Source: Antechinus flavipes (Eukaryota). From it: 64,000 nucleotides of DNA. A program made the position numbers and the translations under genes. Below are positions 51,391 through 64,000 of the stretch, one piece after another. Positions within the stretch are counted from its first letter, which is position 1. Each line of letters starts with the position of its first letter. The stretch is from assembly GCF_016432865.1 (NCBI RefSeq), contig NC_067400.1:578026001-578090000 (forward strand). Reading direction: 5' to 3'. The notes beneath the pieces were generated by a model. That model worked only from the letters and a program-made list of their open reading frames with translations, searched no databases and was not told the DNA's origin.

Positions 51391-54047
51391 CTAGTTACTA
51401 GGTACAGATGTCACTAGTTATAGATCAGTCAATCAACAAACATACCCTAAGGATCCTCAGTGTGTCTAGTCCTTTGTTGGGCAGCCTTAAGGATGTAATC
51501 TAAGACCTGACTTGGAATGAGTGAGGTGGGAGGGGAGGGCAAATAGATACTGGGATTAGGAGTCTTAATTCTGCTACTTTCTAGCTCCGTAACTTCTTGT
51601 AAATTGTGGAACTGTCTGAGCCCTGGGTTTCTTCATCTGTAACATGAGGCACTTGTGCTACCTGTCTCATCAGGGCATTATGAATAAAAGCCAGTAGAAT
51701 GAGGGGTAAGACAGATTCCATAAAAACATTTATTAAATGCAAGGACATTATCCTGGAGCAAGCACAGGACTGAGTCAAGAATGCCTTCCTGTCCTCATGA
51801 GGCATCTAGTCAAGTAGAGGGATAAGACATCCAAACAAAACATTGTGAAGCAAACTTATCTATGAGTGCAGCAGAGTCCAGTACTTTGTGGAGGCTAAGG
51901 TGAGGAAGGTCACTATTGCCAGAAGGAATCAGTAAAGACTTCCTGTAGGAAGCAGGCATGAGTCGATGAATGAACATGAATTGGACTTTAAAGGGAGGTT
52001 AGGATGTCAACAGGAGATGGGGGAAGGGCAGTTCAGGCATCCGGTACACTGTGATCAAAGGCACAGTGATGGGACAATGCATGTATGCAATAGAAGAGAA
52101 TGGCCTATTTGGTATGGACCTGGAGTATTTATTGAGAACTAGCACAAAATAAGATAGAGCTAGATTTGCAGAGGGCTTTGAATGCCAAGCTTAGATCTTC
52201 ATTAGGTAGATAATAGGAAGTTATCACGAGATTTGGAACATTAGTATATAGAAAAATGGGCTTGAAAGGCCTGGATTTGAGTCTTCCTTTGGACACATCC
52301 TTGCTGTGTGATCCTGGGCAGATCACTGAATCCCTTAGTTTTCTAGGCAACTCTTTTAAGATCATGAGTTTCAGAAATGGTACTAACAATTGGTATAGGG
52401 AGTTTCCTTGCCTGGGGGTTCTCTATGCTGATAAATCTCAAGTTTGGTCCCTGGACTCAAGTATGGCAGCTTGAACATGATAAATTAGAGTGGAAAAATC
52501 CCAGAGATGGAAAAGTATGAGCGGATATGTGGACCATATGCTCTCTAAATCCCATGACCCCTATGACCTATAACCAGATGAAAAGAAAATTAACAATGCA
52601 GGTCTGTGTGAGCTAAATACTCAATGAGTGAAATAGAAAGTGCATTCTGACATCCTGCCCAACCCAAGACTCCTTTAATCTCTGCTCACCATCTTTCTAT
52701 GCCTTATCCTCCCTCCTTACACCCTTATTGCCCAGCTCCATTTCTAGACATATATTATCCCCTTTGGTCTTCAAGACAATCCTGTGAAAAGATTTTGCAC
52801 TGTCAGTGCTGAAAAATTACCCATACATATATCTTGTAAATAAAAAGCTATAATAAAAAAATAGAAAAAAAAGACAATCCTGTGAGCAAGGGTATTATTC
52901 CCATTCTGCAGATGGGAATGAGGTTAAGTGGCTTGCCCCTGGGCACACAACAAGTATATATAGGAAGCAGGATTCAAACACAAGTTCTTCCTGTGGAGAA
53001 AGGAGGAGAGTACTTCCTCTGTTATTATTGTTGCTGTGTCTGCCTCTTCATGATTACCATTTGGGATTTTCCTGGCAGAGGTACTGAAGTAATTTACTAT
53101 TTCTTTCTCTGAGTCATTTTACACCCTTGCTCAGAGTCTGACAGCTAGAAAGTATTTGAGGCTGGATTTGAATTTAGGAAGACAAGTCTTTCTGACTCTA
53201 GGTCCAGCACTCTATCCACTGTACCACCTAGCTACCCCTTTCTTTTTGCCATCTATTCTGAGTCCAAACTGTATCAGAAGTATGTCTACAATATCCAGTC
53301 TCTGCTCGAAGACCTCTAGTGTCAGGGAACTCCTTGCCTCTCAAGAGACATTTTGAGACATCTCTAACAGTCAAAAAATATTTCTTTAATGTCAAACTAA
53401 AATCTGCTCCTTTTACCTTCCATCCTGTTCTGTCCTCTGGAAGCAAAACAAAGCTTAATCTTAATCTATATGACCACCCTTCAGATATTTGAAGGTAGTG
53501 ATCATATTCCACTTACATCTTTTCTATGCCAGGTTACCCATCCCCAATTCCTTCAATAATCCCTCATATGATGTGGTTTTCAATCCCTTCACTGTACTGG
53601 CTGCCCTTCTTTGGAGAGGCTCTTGCTTATCAACATCCTTTCCAATGTGCAGTACCAGACACATGATTTCTCTCAGAGAACCTAGAATCCCAAAAGACAA
53701 CTGTAATGATCCTGACTCTGGGATAACAAACCAAGTACATATTTGTTACATAAGCAATTTTGGCAAAGTGTCCCCATTGGGACCCTAAGGTGAGGAGGGT
53801 TGAATATGCCATATAGGTATATACTAAGTGAATTGATTATCTTGCAAACTCCATACTAAGCTCAATTATTTCTATAAAGTGCAAGTTCTATTGGCTTCCT
53901 CTCAATTTGGATACCCTGGGGCATGAGATGCCTTGCTGTATTTGGCACCCTTCATCCAGCTTTCTAGCCTAATCATTTTGGAGTTTGCTTTCATTTTCAT
54001 TCACTGTTTCATGTCACCCATAAATTTGATAAATATTTCATTTATGC

Positions 54048-54182
54048 AGGGCAGCCAGATGACACAGTGGATAGAGGACCACCCCTGGAATCAGGAGGAC
54101 CTGATCTGACCTCAGATGCTTAAGTCTACTATCTGTATGGCTCTGGGCAAGTCACTTAACTCCAATAACCTCTCAAGGAAAA
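54048..54182 (+). mobile_element. Short tRNA-derived SINE (WSINE1-like) with perfect 17-bp TSD
   Basis: TSD aaatatttcatttatgc at 54031-54047 and 54183-54199; A tail. Confidence 0.85.
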
Positions 54183-54304
54183 AAATATTTCATTTATGCC
54201 CTCATCCAAGTCATTGAGAAAAATATTGAATAGAACTGAAGACAGCATATTTTGGTGCTCTTCTACTAGCTTGGCATATAGCCAATAGGATGTAATGAAC
54301 AATT

Positions 54305-54482
54305 NNNNNNNNNNNNNNNNNNNNNNNNNNNNNNNNNNNNNNNNNNNNNNNNNNNNNNNNNNNNNNNNNNNNNNNNNNNNNNNNNNNNNNNNNNNNNNNN
54401 NNNNNNNNNNNNNNNNNNNNNNNNNNNNNNNNNNNNNNNNNNNNNNNNNNNNNNNNNNNNNNNNNNNNNNNNNNNNNNNNNN
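54305..54482. other. Assembly gap (178 N)
   Basis: Run of N. Confidence 1.
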
Positions 54483-55799
54483 AGTGTGTTCCTGGGATGG
54501 AACTTCAGTACTCTGAGCATTCATTCAATTAGCATTTATTAGATACCTCCTATATGCTGGGCACTGTGGTAAGTGCTGGGTATTCAAAGATAAAAGTGTG
54601 AGATAGCCTTTCTCCTCTGCCTCAAAGATTTTACATTCTAATAGGGGAAAACAATACTTTAAAGGGTTCTGGAAAGAGGAGTAGGGAATTAAACAATTAC
54701 AAAAGAATGAAACAATCCCTATTCTCAAGAAGTGTACTTGCTATCTAGAGAGATAATATACCCGTATACAAGTACAAGATACATTTTGCTCAGTTGGTTT
54801 TTTGACCCCATGTGGGGTTTTCTTGGCAAAGACATTGGAATTATTTGTCAATTCTTTCTCCAGCTCATTTTATAGATAAGGAAACTAGAGCAAAGAGGAT
54901 TAAGGGACTTGTCCAGGGTCAAACAGCTAATAAATATCTGAGGCCAGATTTGAACTAGGTTCTTCCTGACTAGACCTGGAATCCATTCCTTGGTGCCACT
55001 TCCCTATGTAATAAATGCAAAAAGAATAATCACCAAAATAAGAGGGCAGGTTGATAGGATGAACACTAGCAGCTGGGGGAGGAGAATCAGAAGGAATCTC
55101 CCAGTCATTTGAGTTAAACTTCCAAGGAAGTTGGGGATTCAATGCTGGGAATGGACATTATATATTCTGGGAATGAAGAGGGAGGGGAAACGCAATATCA
55201 GGGATGGTGGACATGTTCAAAACATCGGAAAGATCACTCCCCCGGCCCCAAAGCTATAAATCTCCTCCCTGATATAGAGACCCCTGGGAGAAGGTTTTCC
55301 TCTGGAAAGAATTGCCAAGAGCTCAGGCCTCAACAATAGCCTGGCTCCTGCTGTGGGGCGTGGTCTCCTGGCAGGGCAGCCCACCCATCATCTACCTGGA
55401 AAGGAAATGTCAACACCTCCTACTTTATCTTGGGCAGTGGTGGAGGGAGGGCACAGACATCAGACCTCCGAATTCAGAGCTTACTGGGCTCTCTGCCACA
55501 CCCAGCTTCAATCTCCTGGGCCAAAGCCAGGATTGAAGTGACAATAGCTACAGCCTGATTAGGCCATCACCGCCATCCACCACTCTATCCTTATGATCTC
55601 CATCACTGCTTCTACCCATTTCCTCATTATTATCATTGAGAAGCAGCCTCTAGTCCTGGAGTTAGTGGCATAACTGCTCTTGCTATCCAGGAAATAGAGG
55701 CTCAGATATCACTTCCAAGACTTATTACCTTTGTGACCACAGCAAGTCACTAAACTCTCCAAACATGTCTGGAAGAAGAAAATAGTTTTCCTCCACACA

Positions 55800-57415
55800 G
55801 CTGTTTACATCACTCACCTTAAAGTGCCCTCTCCAGAGTTCCTAAGGAACCTCTCAATAGCCTCATCCAATTACCTCTCCTCAGCTCTACTCCTCCTCCA
55901 CCTCTCTGAAGCCCTTGACCCTGCTGACCACCCCCTCCTCCTGGTCTTTTATGCCTATCTTGTTTTTCATGACATGAATACATTCTGATTTTCCTCCTGT
56001 CTCATTATGCCTTTTTAGTTTCTTTTTGTTGCATCATCATTCATGGGATGCTAACTAAATGCCTTGGTGACCTCCCTCTATCCTGGGCCCTCTTCTCCTT
56101 TTTTTTTTACACTCTCTCACTTGGTGGTTTCATCCATTTCTATAAATGTTATCACTACAAATACGCAAATAAGTTTAGAAGAATCACACGTTTAACTTAT
56201 ATGAGATTGCTTGCTGTCTTGGGGAGGAGGGGAGGAAGGAGAGAAAGAGAAAAATTTGAAATACAAGGTTTTGTAGAGGTGAATATTTAAAACTATCTTT
56301 GATGTATTTAGAAAAATAAAATACTATTAAGAAACACCAAAAAAAGGAAGGATCAATATATGAAAAAACTAGACATTATTTGAACATGTCAAATACAATG
56401 TAGTTTTGAAAATTGAGTAAGGTCAGGCAGAATTCACTCTGCAGAATCTATTTTTCTGTTCCCATGTTTTTTATATGCTCATTTTGATTAAACAGTAGAT
56501 AAAAATTTTTAAAAGATCAGAACTTCTTATTTCCCCCTCTCCAACCATTCTGGGAACAAAGAGGGAAGAGGATATTGGTTATCCCCCAGTACCAGGGATA
56601 ATGTATACACTCAGAAACATTAAGAAGAGACACATCCATCCCCCACACTATAAATCTTTAGCCAATGACCTGAGCAGAGTCCTTTGGGACCAAGCTTTCC
56701 TCTGGAAATAACCAACACAAGCTCAGGCCCCAACAATAGTCTGAAAGCTCCTCTCATCAAGTTCCCTATAGCTGTCTAGGGTACTACCATTTGTCTGTTT
56801 ACTCAGATTCAGAAACTTGGTGCCATCCTTAGCATCTCACTCTCTCTCATTCCTCATGACCCATCAGTGGCCAGATTTTATTGTTTCTCTCTCTGTCTCT
56901 ACAACATCTCTCTCCATGTCTCTTCTCATCACTACCCTGGTTCAAGCCCTCATCACACTTCACCTGGCCTAGTACAATGACCTTTGATTTATTCTGCCCA
57001 CATTAAGTGTCTTTCCATTCCAAAATATTTTCCTAAAGCAAAGTTCCTACTATGTCATTCTACTTCACAAATTTTAGTTGGCTCCCTTTCACTTCCAGGA
57101 TCAAATATACACAGTATTGGACATTCTAAGCTCTTTACAACCTGGGCCCTTGTGAGCTCTCCATTCTTCTTGGACATAACTTGTGTTATGTCCAAGTTGT
57201 GGGCCAGCTTTCCAAGTCACACACACACATAGACACATAGACACACCAATACAGACACAGACACATAGACATACACACACACACACCTCTCCCCAGGCCC
57301 CATTTCTCTACTTCTGCACTGGTTATTTCCCACACCTGGAATTCTAGAATACCCTCTCTTCTCACCTCTTTCTCTTTGAATTCCTGATTTTCTTCAAGTC
57401 TCAGTTGAGCCACCA
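55800..57415 (+). mobile_element. L2 LINE remnants (interrupted)
   Basis: ctcctccacctctctgaagcccttgaccctgctgaccac (LLDLSAAFDTVDH-like) and typical L2 3' region. Confidence 0.55.
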
Positions 57416-58085
57416 TTTTTTTTTATTAAAAGCTTTTTATTTTCAAAATGTTTGCATAGTTTTCAACATTCACCCTTGTAAAACCTTGAGTTACAATTTT
57501 TTATCTCCCTCCCCCCACTCCTTTCCCTAGATGGCAAACAATACAATATATGTTAAACATGTGCAATTCTTCTATATATATTTCCATAATTATACTGCAT
57601 AAGAAAAATCAGATCAAAAAGGAAAAAATGAGAAAGAAAACAAAATGCAATCAAACAACAAAAAGAGTGAAAATACTATGTTGTGATCCACACTCAGTCC
57701 CCACAGTCCTCTCTCTGGGTGCAAATGGCTCTCTCCTTCACATGACCATTGTAACTAGTCTGAATCACCTCTCTGTTGAAAAGAGCCACAGTCAGAATTG
57801 ATCATTACATAATCTTGTTGTTGTGTACAATATTCTCTTGGTTCTACTCACTTCACTTAGCTTCAGTTCATGTAAATCTACCCAGGTCTCTCTGGAATCA
57901 TCCTTCTGATCGTTTCTTATAGAACGATAATATTCCCTAACGATAACTTACTCAGGCATTCCCCAACTGATGGGAATTCTCTCAGTTTCCAGTTTCTTGC
58001 CACTATGAAAATGGCTGCTACAAACATTTTTTTCACATGTGGGTCCTTTTCCATTTTTTATGATCTCTTTGAAATAAAGGCCCAG
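57416..58085 (-). mobile_element. Older L1 3' end (antisense), continuing at 59335-59680
   Basis: Reverse complement of L1 3' UTR and ORF2 end; split by a younger L1. Confidence 0.85.
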
Positions 58086-59334
58086 AGGAATTTATGACCA
58101 AAGAAGAATTAGAGATCACTATTGACCACAAAATATAAAATTTTGATTATATCAAATTGAAAAGTTTTTGTACAAACAAAACAAATGCAGACAAGATTAG
58201 AAGGGAAACAATAAACTGGGAAAACATTTTTATAGTCAAAGGTTCTGATAAAGGCCTCATTTCCAAAATATATAGAGAATTAACTCTAATTTATAAGAAA
58301 TCAAGCCATTCTCCAATTGATAAATGGTCAAAGGATATGAACAGACAATTCTCAGATGAAGAAATTAAAACTGTTCATAGACATATGAAAATATGCTCCA
58401 AATCATTATTAATCAGAGAAATGCAAATTAAGACAACTCTGAGATACCACTACACACCTGTCAGATTGGCTAGACTGACAGGGAAAGATAATGCGGAATG
58501 TTGGAGGGGATGTGGGAAAACAGGGACACTGATCCATTGTTGGTGGAATTGTGAACACATCCAGCCATTCTGGAGAGCAATTTGGAACTATGCTCAAAAA
58601 GTTATCAAACTGGGCATACCCTTTGATCCAGCAGTATTTCTACTGGGCTTATACCCCAAAGAGATACTAAAGAAGGGAAAGGGACTTGTATGTGCCAAAA
58701 TGTTTGTGGCAGCCCTGTTTGTAGTGGCTAAAAGCTGGAAAATGAATGGATGTCCATCAATTGGAGAATGGTTAAGTAAATTGTGGTATATGAACGTTAT
58801 GGAATATTATTGTTCTGTAAGGAATGACCAGCTGGATGAATACAGAGAGGACTGGCGAGACTTACATGAAGTGATGCTAAGTGAAATGAGCAGAACCAGG
58901 AGATCATTATATACCTCAACAACGATACTGTTTGAGGATGTATTCTGATGGAAGTAGATCTCTTCGATAAAGAGAGCTAATTTAATTTCAATTGATCAAG
59001 GATGGACAGAAGCAGCTACACCCAAAGAAAGAACACTGGGAAATGAATATAAACTGCTTGCATTTCTATTTTTCTTCTCGGGTTATTTATACCTTCTGAA
59101 TCCAATTCTCCCTGTGCAATAAGAGAACTGTTCGGTTCTGCACACATATATTGTATCTAGGATATACTGTAACCTATTTAACATGTAAAGGACTGCTTTC
59201 CATCTGGGGGAGGAGGTGGAGGGAGGGACAGGAAAAATTGGAACAAAAGTGAGTGCAAGGGATAATGCTGTAAAAAATTACCCTGGCATGGGTTCTGTCA
59301 ATAAAAAGTTATTTAAAAAAAGAGAGAGAAAGAG
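58086..59334 (+). mobile_element. Younger 5'-truncated L1 (about 1.25 kb): ORF2 C-terminal region, 3' UTR, A tail
   Basis: Open 263-codon frame 58157-58948 with CWRGCGKTGTLIHCWWNC motif; one in-frame TAA just upstream (about 58137); TSD ataaaggcccag at 58074-58085 and 59335-59346. Confidence 0.93.
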
Positions 59335-60179
59335 ATAAAGGCCCAGTAGGAACACTGCTGGATCAAAAGGAATGCACAGTATGATAGCATATTTTGGGCA
59401 TAGTTCTATATTGCTATTCAGAATGGCTGAATTAGTTCACAATTCCATGAACAATGCATTAGTGTCCCAGTTTTCCCACTTCCCCTCCAACATTCATCAT
59501 TATCTTTCTTGTCATCTTAGCCAATTTGAGAAGTATATAATGGTACCTCAGAGTTGTCTTAATTTGCATTTCTTTGACTATTGATAATTTAGAGCATTTT
59601 CTTGTATGACTAGAAATGGTTTTAATTTCTTCACCTGAAAATTGTTCATATCCTTTGATCAATCATCAATTGAAGAATGTGAGCCACCATCTTCTATACA
59701 AAATCCTTTTCATTTGTCCTAGTTGCTAGAGTCCTCCTTCTTCAAAATGCTTCCTTATAGTCATTGTATGTGTATTTGTATGTTGTCTTCCCTATTAGAG
59801 TGTAAGCTCCATGAGGGCAAGACTTTTGGCTTTGCAGCCCCACCATTTATCACATGCTATTCAATCATGTCTGACTCTTCCCAACCCTCTCTAGGATTTT
59901 CTTGGCAAAGATACTAGAATGGCTTGTCATGTCCTTCTCCAGATCATTTTACAGATGGGAAAACTGAGGCAAACAGGGTTAAATGACTTGCCCAGGATCA
60001 CACAGCAAGTAGGGTCTGAAGCTGAATTTGAACTCAGGTTTTTCTGCCTCTAGACTTAGTACTCTATCTACTGCACCATCATGGCACATGGTAGGCACTT
60101 AATAAAAGTTGGTTGATAGATTAATCCTTTAAAGTGTTTTGAAATTTTAACATGATATAATTTAGTTTTTGTTATTAAC

Positions 60180-60460
60180 ATCAAAACCAGCTCTATCGAT
60201 ATACCCACTACTAATCCATCTCTATCATCATTACCTCATTCCTATTATCATCACCCATACTGCTTCCATTCCCACAATTATCCCCTTATCCATTATCATT
60301 TTCACCACCCTCCCTCCCACTATGTTTACCGCTTCTTCCTTGATCCTGGCTACCACCATGACCAGAACTGTGTCACCAGCAACCCTGATCCTCATAATTA
60401 TCTTAATGGCTGTCATTTCTCCACCTCCATTCTACCCCCCAGCATCTTGTCTTCCATATC
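60180..60460. repeat. Degenerate (CAT/CAC/CCA)n low-complexity tract
   Basis: catcat/caccat/attatc-rich sequence. Confidence 0.6.
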
Positions 60461-61074
60461 AGACCTTGGAGAGACCTCAGAAGAGAACTTAAAGAGTTTT
60501 TTTTAGTTCAACCTTTTCATTTTTTCCCCTCTCCAACAAATGAAGAAATAGAGTCCAGAGGATCAGGAACTGAATTTAAATCCAGTTTTTTCTTCAAATT
60601 CAGTGCAGCTGCATAAAGAGATTCTGACCACAGTGGACCTTTGTCTCCAAAGTTTATATGATTGTAGAATGGAATTTCAAAGCTGGAAGGGACCTTTGAG
60701 ATCATTTTACAGATGAGGAAACTGAGATCCCAAGAGACCAAGGATTTGTTTAGAGTTCCATAGCAAATTACTGACTGTGCTATTTACTTGTTTGTTTTTA
60801 CTGGATCTATGATTTTATTGGCAAAGTGAACGCCATGTTGAAGAAATCCCTTTGGTGTATGGAGAACACCATTTGCTCAGCAATTTATAGTTTTAGAGGT
60901 TTGTCTGCCTTGCCCAGGGTATCACAGTCCTCTTGAATCCAAGACAGCTCTCTATCTACTCTGATATACTGCCTTTGTCTATACGTGTAAATATGGCTGT
61001 AACATAGGGATAACATCACAGACTTAGAAAGGACTTGAGGTCATCTAGAACAAAGTGCTTATTCTTTTTTTTAA

Positions 61075-61370
61075 GCCTTTTATTTTCAAAATATATGCAT
61101 AGACAGTTTTCAACATTTACCCTTGCAAAATCCTGTGCTCCAATTTTTTTCTTCTTCCTTCCCCCCCCCACCCTCTAGGGATGGCAAGCAATCCAATATA
61201 TGTTAAACATGTGCAATTCTTCTACACACATTTCCACAATTATCATACTGCACCAAAAAATCAGATCAAAAAGGAAAAAAATGAGAAAGAAAACAAAATG
61301 CAAATAACAAAAAGTGAAAATATTGTGTTGTGATCGACACTCTGTCCCCACAAAATTTCTCTGGGTGCAG
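61075..61370 (-). mobile_element. L1 3' UTR fragment
   Basis: Near-identical in layout to 57420-57730. Confidence 0.75.
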
Positions 61371-61779
61371 TCTTTTTTTAAATTAAATTTCGTATTAATA
61401 TTTTTTGTTTTAGATTATCTTTATTTCTAAACATAACTCTCCATACTCCCTTACCAAAGAACCATTTCTTGTTACAAAAAAGACAAGGGGGAAAGCAGTT
61501 CAGCAAACTAACACATTAGTAGATTCTGACAATATACGTTATGTTCCTCATCCATAGTCTCCCACTTCTGCCAAGAATGAAAGAAATGCACAGTGATTGG
61601 CACATAGTAGCTATTTAATAATAATATTTAATAAATGTTTAGTTTTTTGATTTAGTCTCAAGGGCCAAGCTTGGGCATTATAATATGCAGTATTCTGTTC
61701 TGATTTTTTTTTCTCGTTCTTTCTACTTAGTCACTGTATATTTCATTTTCCTGGTTCTGTTTACTTCATTCTGTATTAG

Positions 61780-61985
61780 TATAGGAAAATCTAAGTTCAA
61801 ATCCATTCTCAGACACTAAGTGTATGATCCTGGACAAGTTACTCAATCCTATTTGCCTCAATTTTTTCATATATCAAAGGAATTGGAGAAGGAAGTAGAA
61901 AACCCTTCTAGTATCTTTGCCAAGAAAACCTCAAATGCGGTCAGCAACAGTTGGACATGAATGAAAAATGACTGAACAACAAAAA
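61780..61985 (+). mobile_element. Marsupial CORE-SINE (Mar1-type)
   Basis: ttcaaatcc...tcagacac head and ctagtatctttgccaagaaaacctcaaat...gactgaacaac tail. Confidence 0.7.
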
Positions 61986-61989
61986 ATAT

Positions 61990-63000
61990 GCAAACAACTA
62001 TGTATATACAAGATATATACAATGTAAATGGGAGATAAACACAGAGGAAAGGTATTAGCAATAAGAGGGACTGGAAAAGACTTGAAGAAAGTGGGGTTTG
62101 ATCTGAATCTTGAAAGAAGCTAGAGAAACCAGGAGTTAGAGGTGAGAAGGAAGAACATTCCAGCTAGAGAAAAAGTACAGATTAGGAATATGAAATGTTA
62201 TGTATGGAGGAAAGCAAAAAGGTGACTGTCACAGGTTAGTAAAATGTGGAGAAGGGAAAAGAATTGAAGAAAATTGGAAACATGGAAAAGGACCAATTTG
62301 CAAAGGATTTTATATTTGATCCTGGAGAGGATGGGGAGAAACTGGAGTTTATTGAGCAGGGAACATGATATGATCAGATCTGTACTTTAGGAAAATCAAC
62401 TTAGCAGAGGTTAGACTGGAATGGGGAAATGCTTAAAGCAGGGAAACCAACTTTAAACTATTGGGATAGTTCAGGGGTATGGGTAATGAAGGCTAGTACT
62501 AGACTATGTCAAAGGAGAAAAAGGGGACATAAACCAGAAGTTTAAATCAAAAGAATGGTTGAAGATGATATAGTAATGAGTTCTGTTTGCATGAATGTCC
62601 TCAGGGGCAACTCCTTTTCAGCTTCATTTTGTGTATTGCCTTTCCCAATTAGATAGTAAGCTCCTTATTTTCCTTTTTCTAATTTGTATTTGTGTTTAGC
62701 ACAATGCTTAAAAACTGAGGGAGTATCACAGAAACCCAGAGAAGAGAGAGTATCCAGGAGGAAGAGTGATCAACAGTGCCAAAGGTTGCAAAGGTAATAA
62801 GAAGAAAAAGGTTTGAGAAAAGGTATTGGATCTGACAATTAAAAGATTTTAGTTGACTAAGTTGATTTTGGAGAGAGCACTTTCTATAGATTGACGAGGT
62901 CACAAGTGATACTAAAGCTTTAGAATTGAGAAAGAAGAAGGAAATGGAAGCAGTTTAGCCACAGAAGGGGTCTGGGAAAGAACCAAGGGGTCAAGAGGCT
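61990..63000 (-). mobile_element. L2 LINE remnant
   Basis: Peptide TFATFGTVDHS (L2 RT SAAFDTVDH-like). Confidence 0.55.
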
Positions 63001-64000
63001 TGACGATCATGGCCAGAAAGAACAGGGTCTAATGGTATGATAACAGAATATGATCATATGAAATGATTTCAAAATTCATAAACATAGAAATAGAACACTT
63101 ATGGGTGACATAAGATCAAGAGTGTATCTGTCCTGATAGGTATCTGATATGAAGTAGAAGAGAAGACCATGGGAATAAATGAGATTAAACAATGGGAAAT
63201 TAGGGCATTTGAGGGAATATACAATATACATGCCCTCTTAATATGAGGGCAGAAACTGGGAAGAAGAAAGACTGTGAGTTGAATACTGAAGGAAGGAAGG
63301 TTATTCTAAGAGTTGATGGTGAATAGCCACTAGGATCTAGATTGGGTGATAATTTTGAATAATGTGAACCTCAAAGGACTAAAGTAGCTGAGTGATCCTA
63401 GTAGAGAGACAATGTAGATTCTAATAGATCCCAATAGAGATTGCAATGAAGAACAAGGAATATTCTTCCCCTTTCCCCAAAAAATGAGTCTAGGAATATG
63501 AATGAAAGTACAAGCAATATTGGAAAAACTGGTCAGTGATGTAGTGTTACTAGGATAAGCCAAGTCTCAGTAAGCACCAGAAGATGAAAGGAGTGAAAAA
63601 AGAGGTTAAGATGAAAGCAGGCTTGTTAATTATTGAATAGGCATACCAGAGAGTACAGTGGAAGGATGGATAGTTCACAGTTCCACTTATAATATCTTGT
63701 GTTTTATAATATATTGTGTCTTTCCTCCGCCACTACAGACATTTTTATCCTGTAATCATAGCCAATTCAATGAGTATGAGGTCAAAACTTAGAATTGATT
63801 TGTTTCATTTGTCTCATTATAGGGTGGGTATGAGGTCAAAGCTTAGAATTGGTTTCTTTGCATTTTTCTCATTATGTCTTTGGAACAGTTTTTTGCACAG
63901 CTGTAGCTGAATCTCTCTCATTTGAATTGTCTTAGGAAGATTCTAAAGATCATCTTGGACTCTGATGTCTTTTCTCCAGCTAAACTGCCAAACATTACTG

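Noticed and set aside
54048-54182. tRNA gene
   Set aside because: tRNA-derived SINE head with A tail and TSD; no cloverleaf. The same applies to the other SINE heads.
58157-58948. Host protein-coding gene or active L1
   Set aside because: 5'-truncated L1 ORF2 fragment lacking promoter, ORF1, EN and RT, with an upstream stop.
60169-60492. Hydrophobic 107-aa ORF resembling a membrane or mucin-like peptide
   Set aside because: Arises from a degenerate CAT/CAC low-complexity tract; no splice or promoter support.
41000-64000. Exons of the next syntenic gene (PDIK1L expected by human order)
   Set aside because: No kinase-like exon or CpG island was recognised; the region is almost entirely TE remnants.

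Overview
Mammalian genomic DNA, judged to be marsupial (probably dasyurid) from its L1/Mar1/WSINE-type repeats and an OC1-type MITE. It is syntenic with human 1p36.11 in reverse orientation. Five spliced protein-coding genes were reconstructed by hand, on strictly alternating strands: CNKSR1 (-, 21 coding exons, 5167-20235, about 723 aa), ZNF593OS (+, 63-aa single-TM microprotein split over two exons and absent from the ORF track, 25190-25748), ZNF593 (-, 3 exons, 133 aa), C1orf232 (+, 4 exons, 181 aa, TDRP-like) and FAM110D (-, single coding exon, 265 aa). From about 41 kb to the end the window is intergenic and dominated by L1, L2, SINE and hAT remnants; there are three N gaps. The most striking unexplained structure is a pair of ~0.5-0.6 kb arrays of the same 33-bp MIR-tail-like minisatellite in opposite orientation in CNKSR1 introns 1 and 11. 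They bracket exons 2-11, a 960-nt phase-1/phase-1 block, which is the geometry expected for back-splicing or in-frame multi-exon skipping; extra copies of both orientations sit in intron 6. Also notable are a near-palindromic bidirectional poly(A) element shared by C1orf232 and FAM110D, a 12x36-bp G-rich VNTR in ZNF593 intron 1 and an OC1-like MITE downstream of CNKSR1. Gene and repeat-family names rest on recalled sequences, not on database searches.
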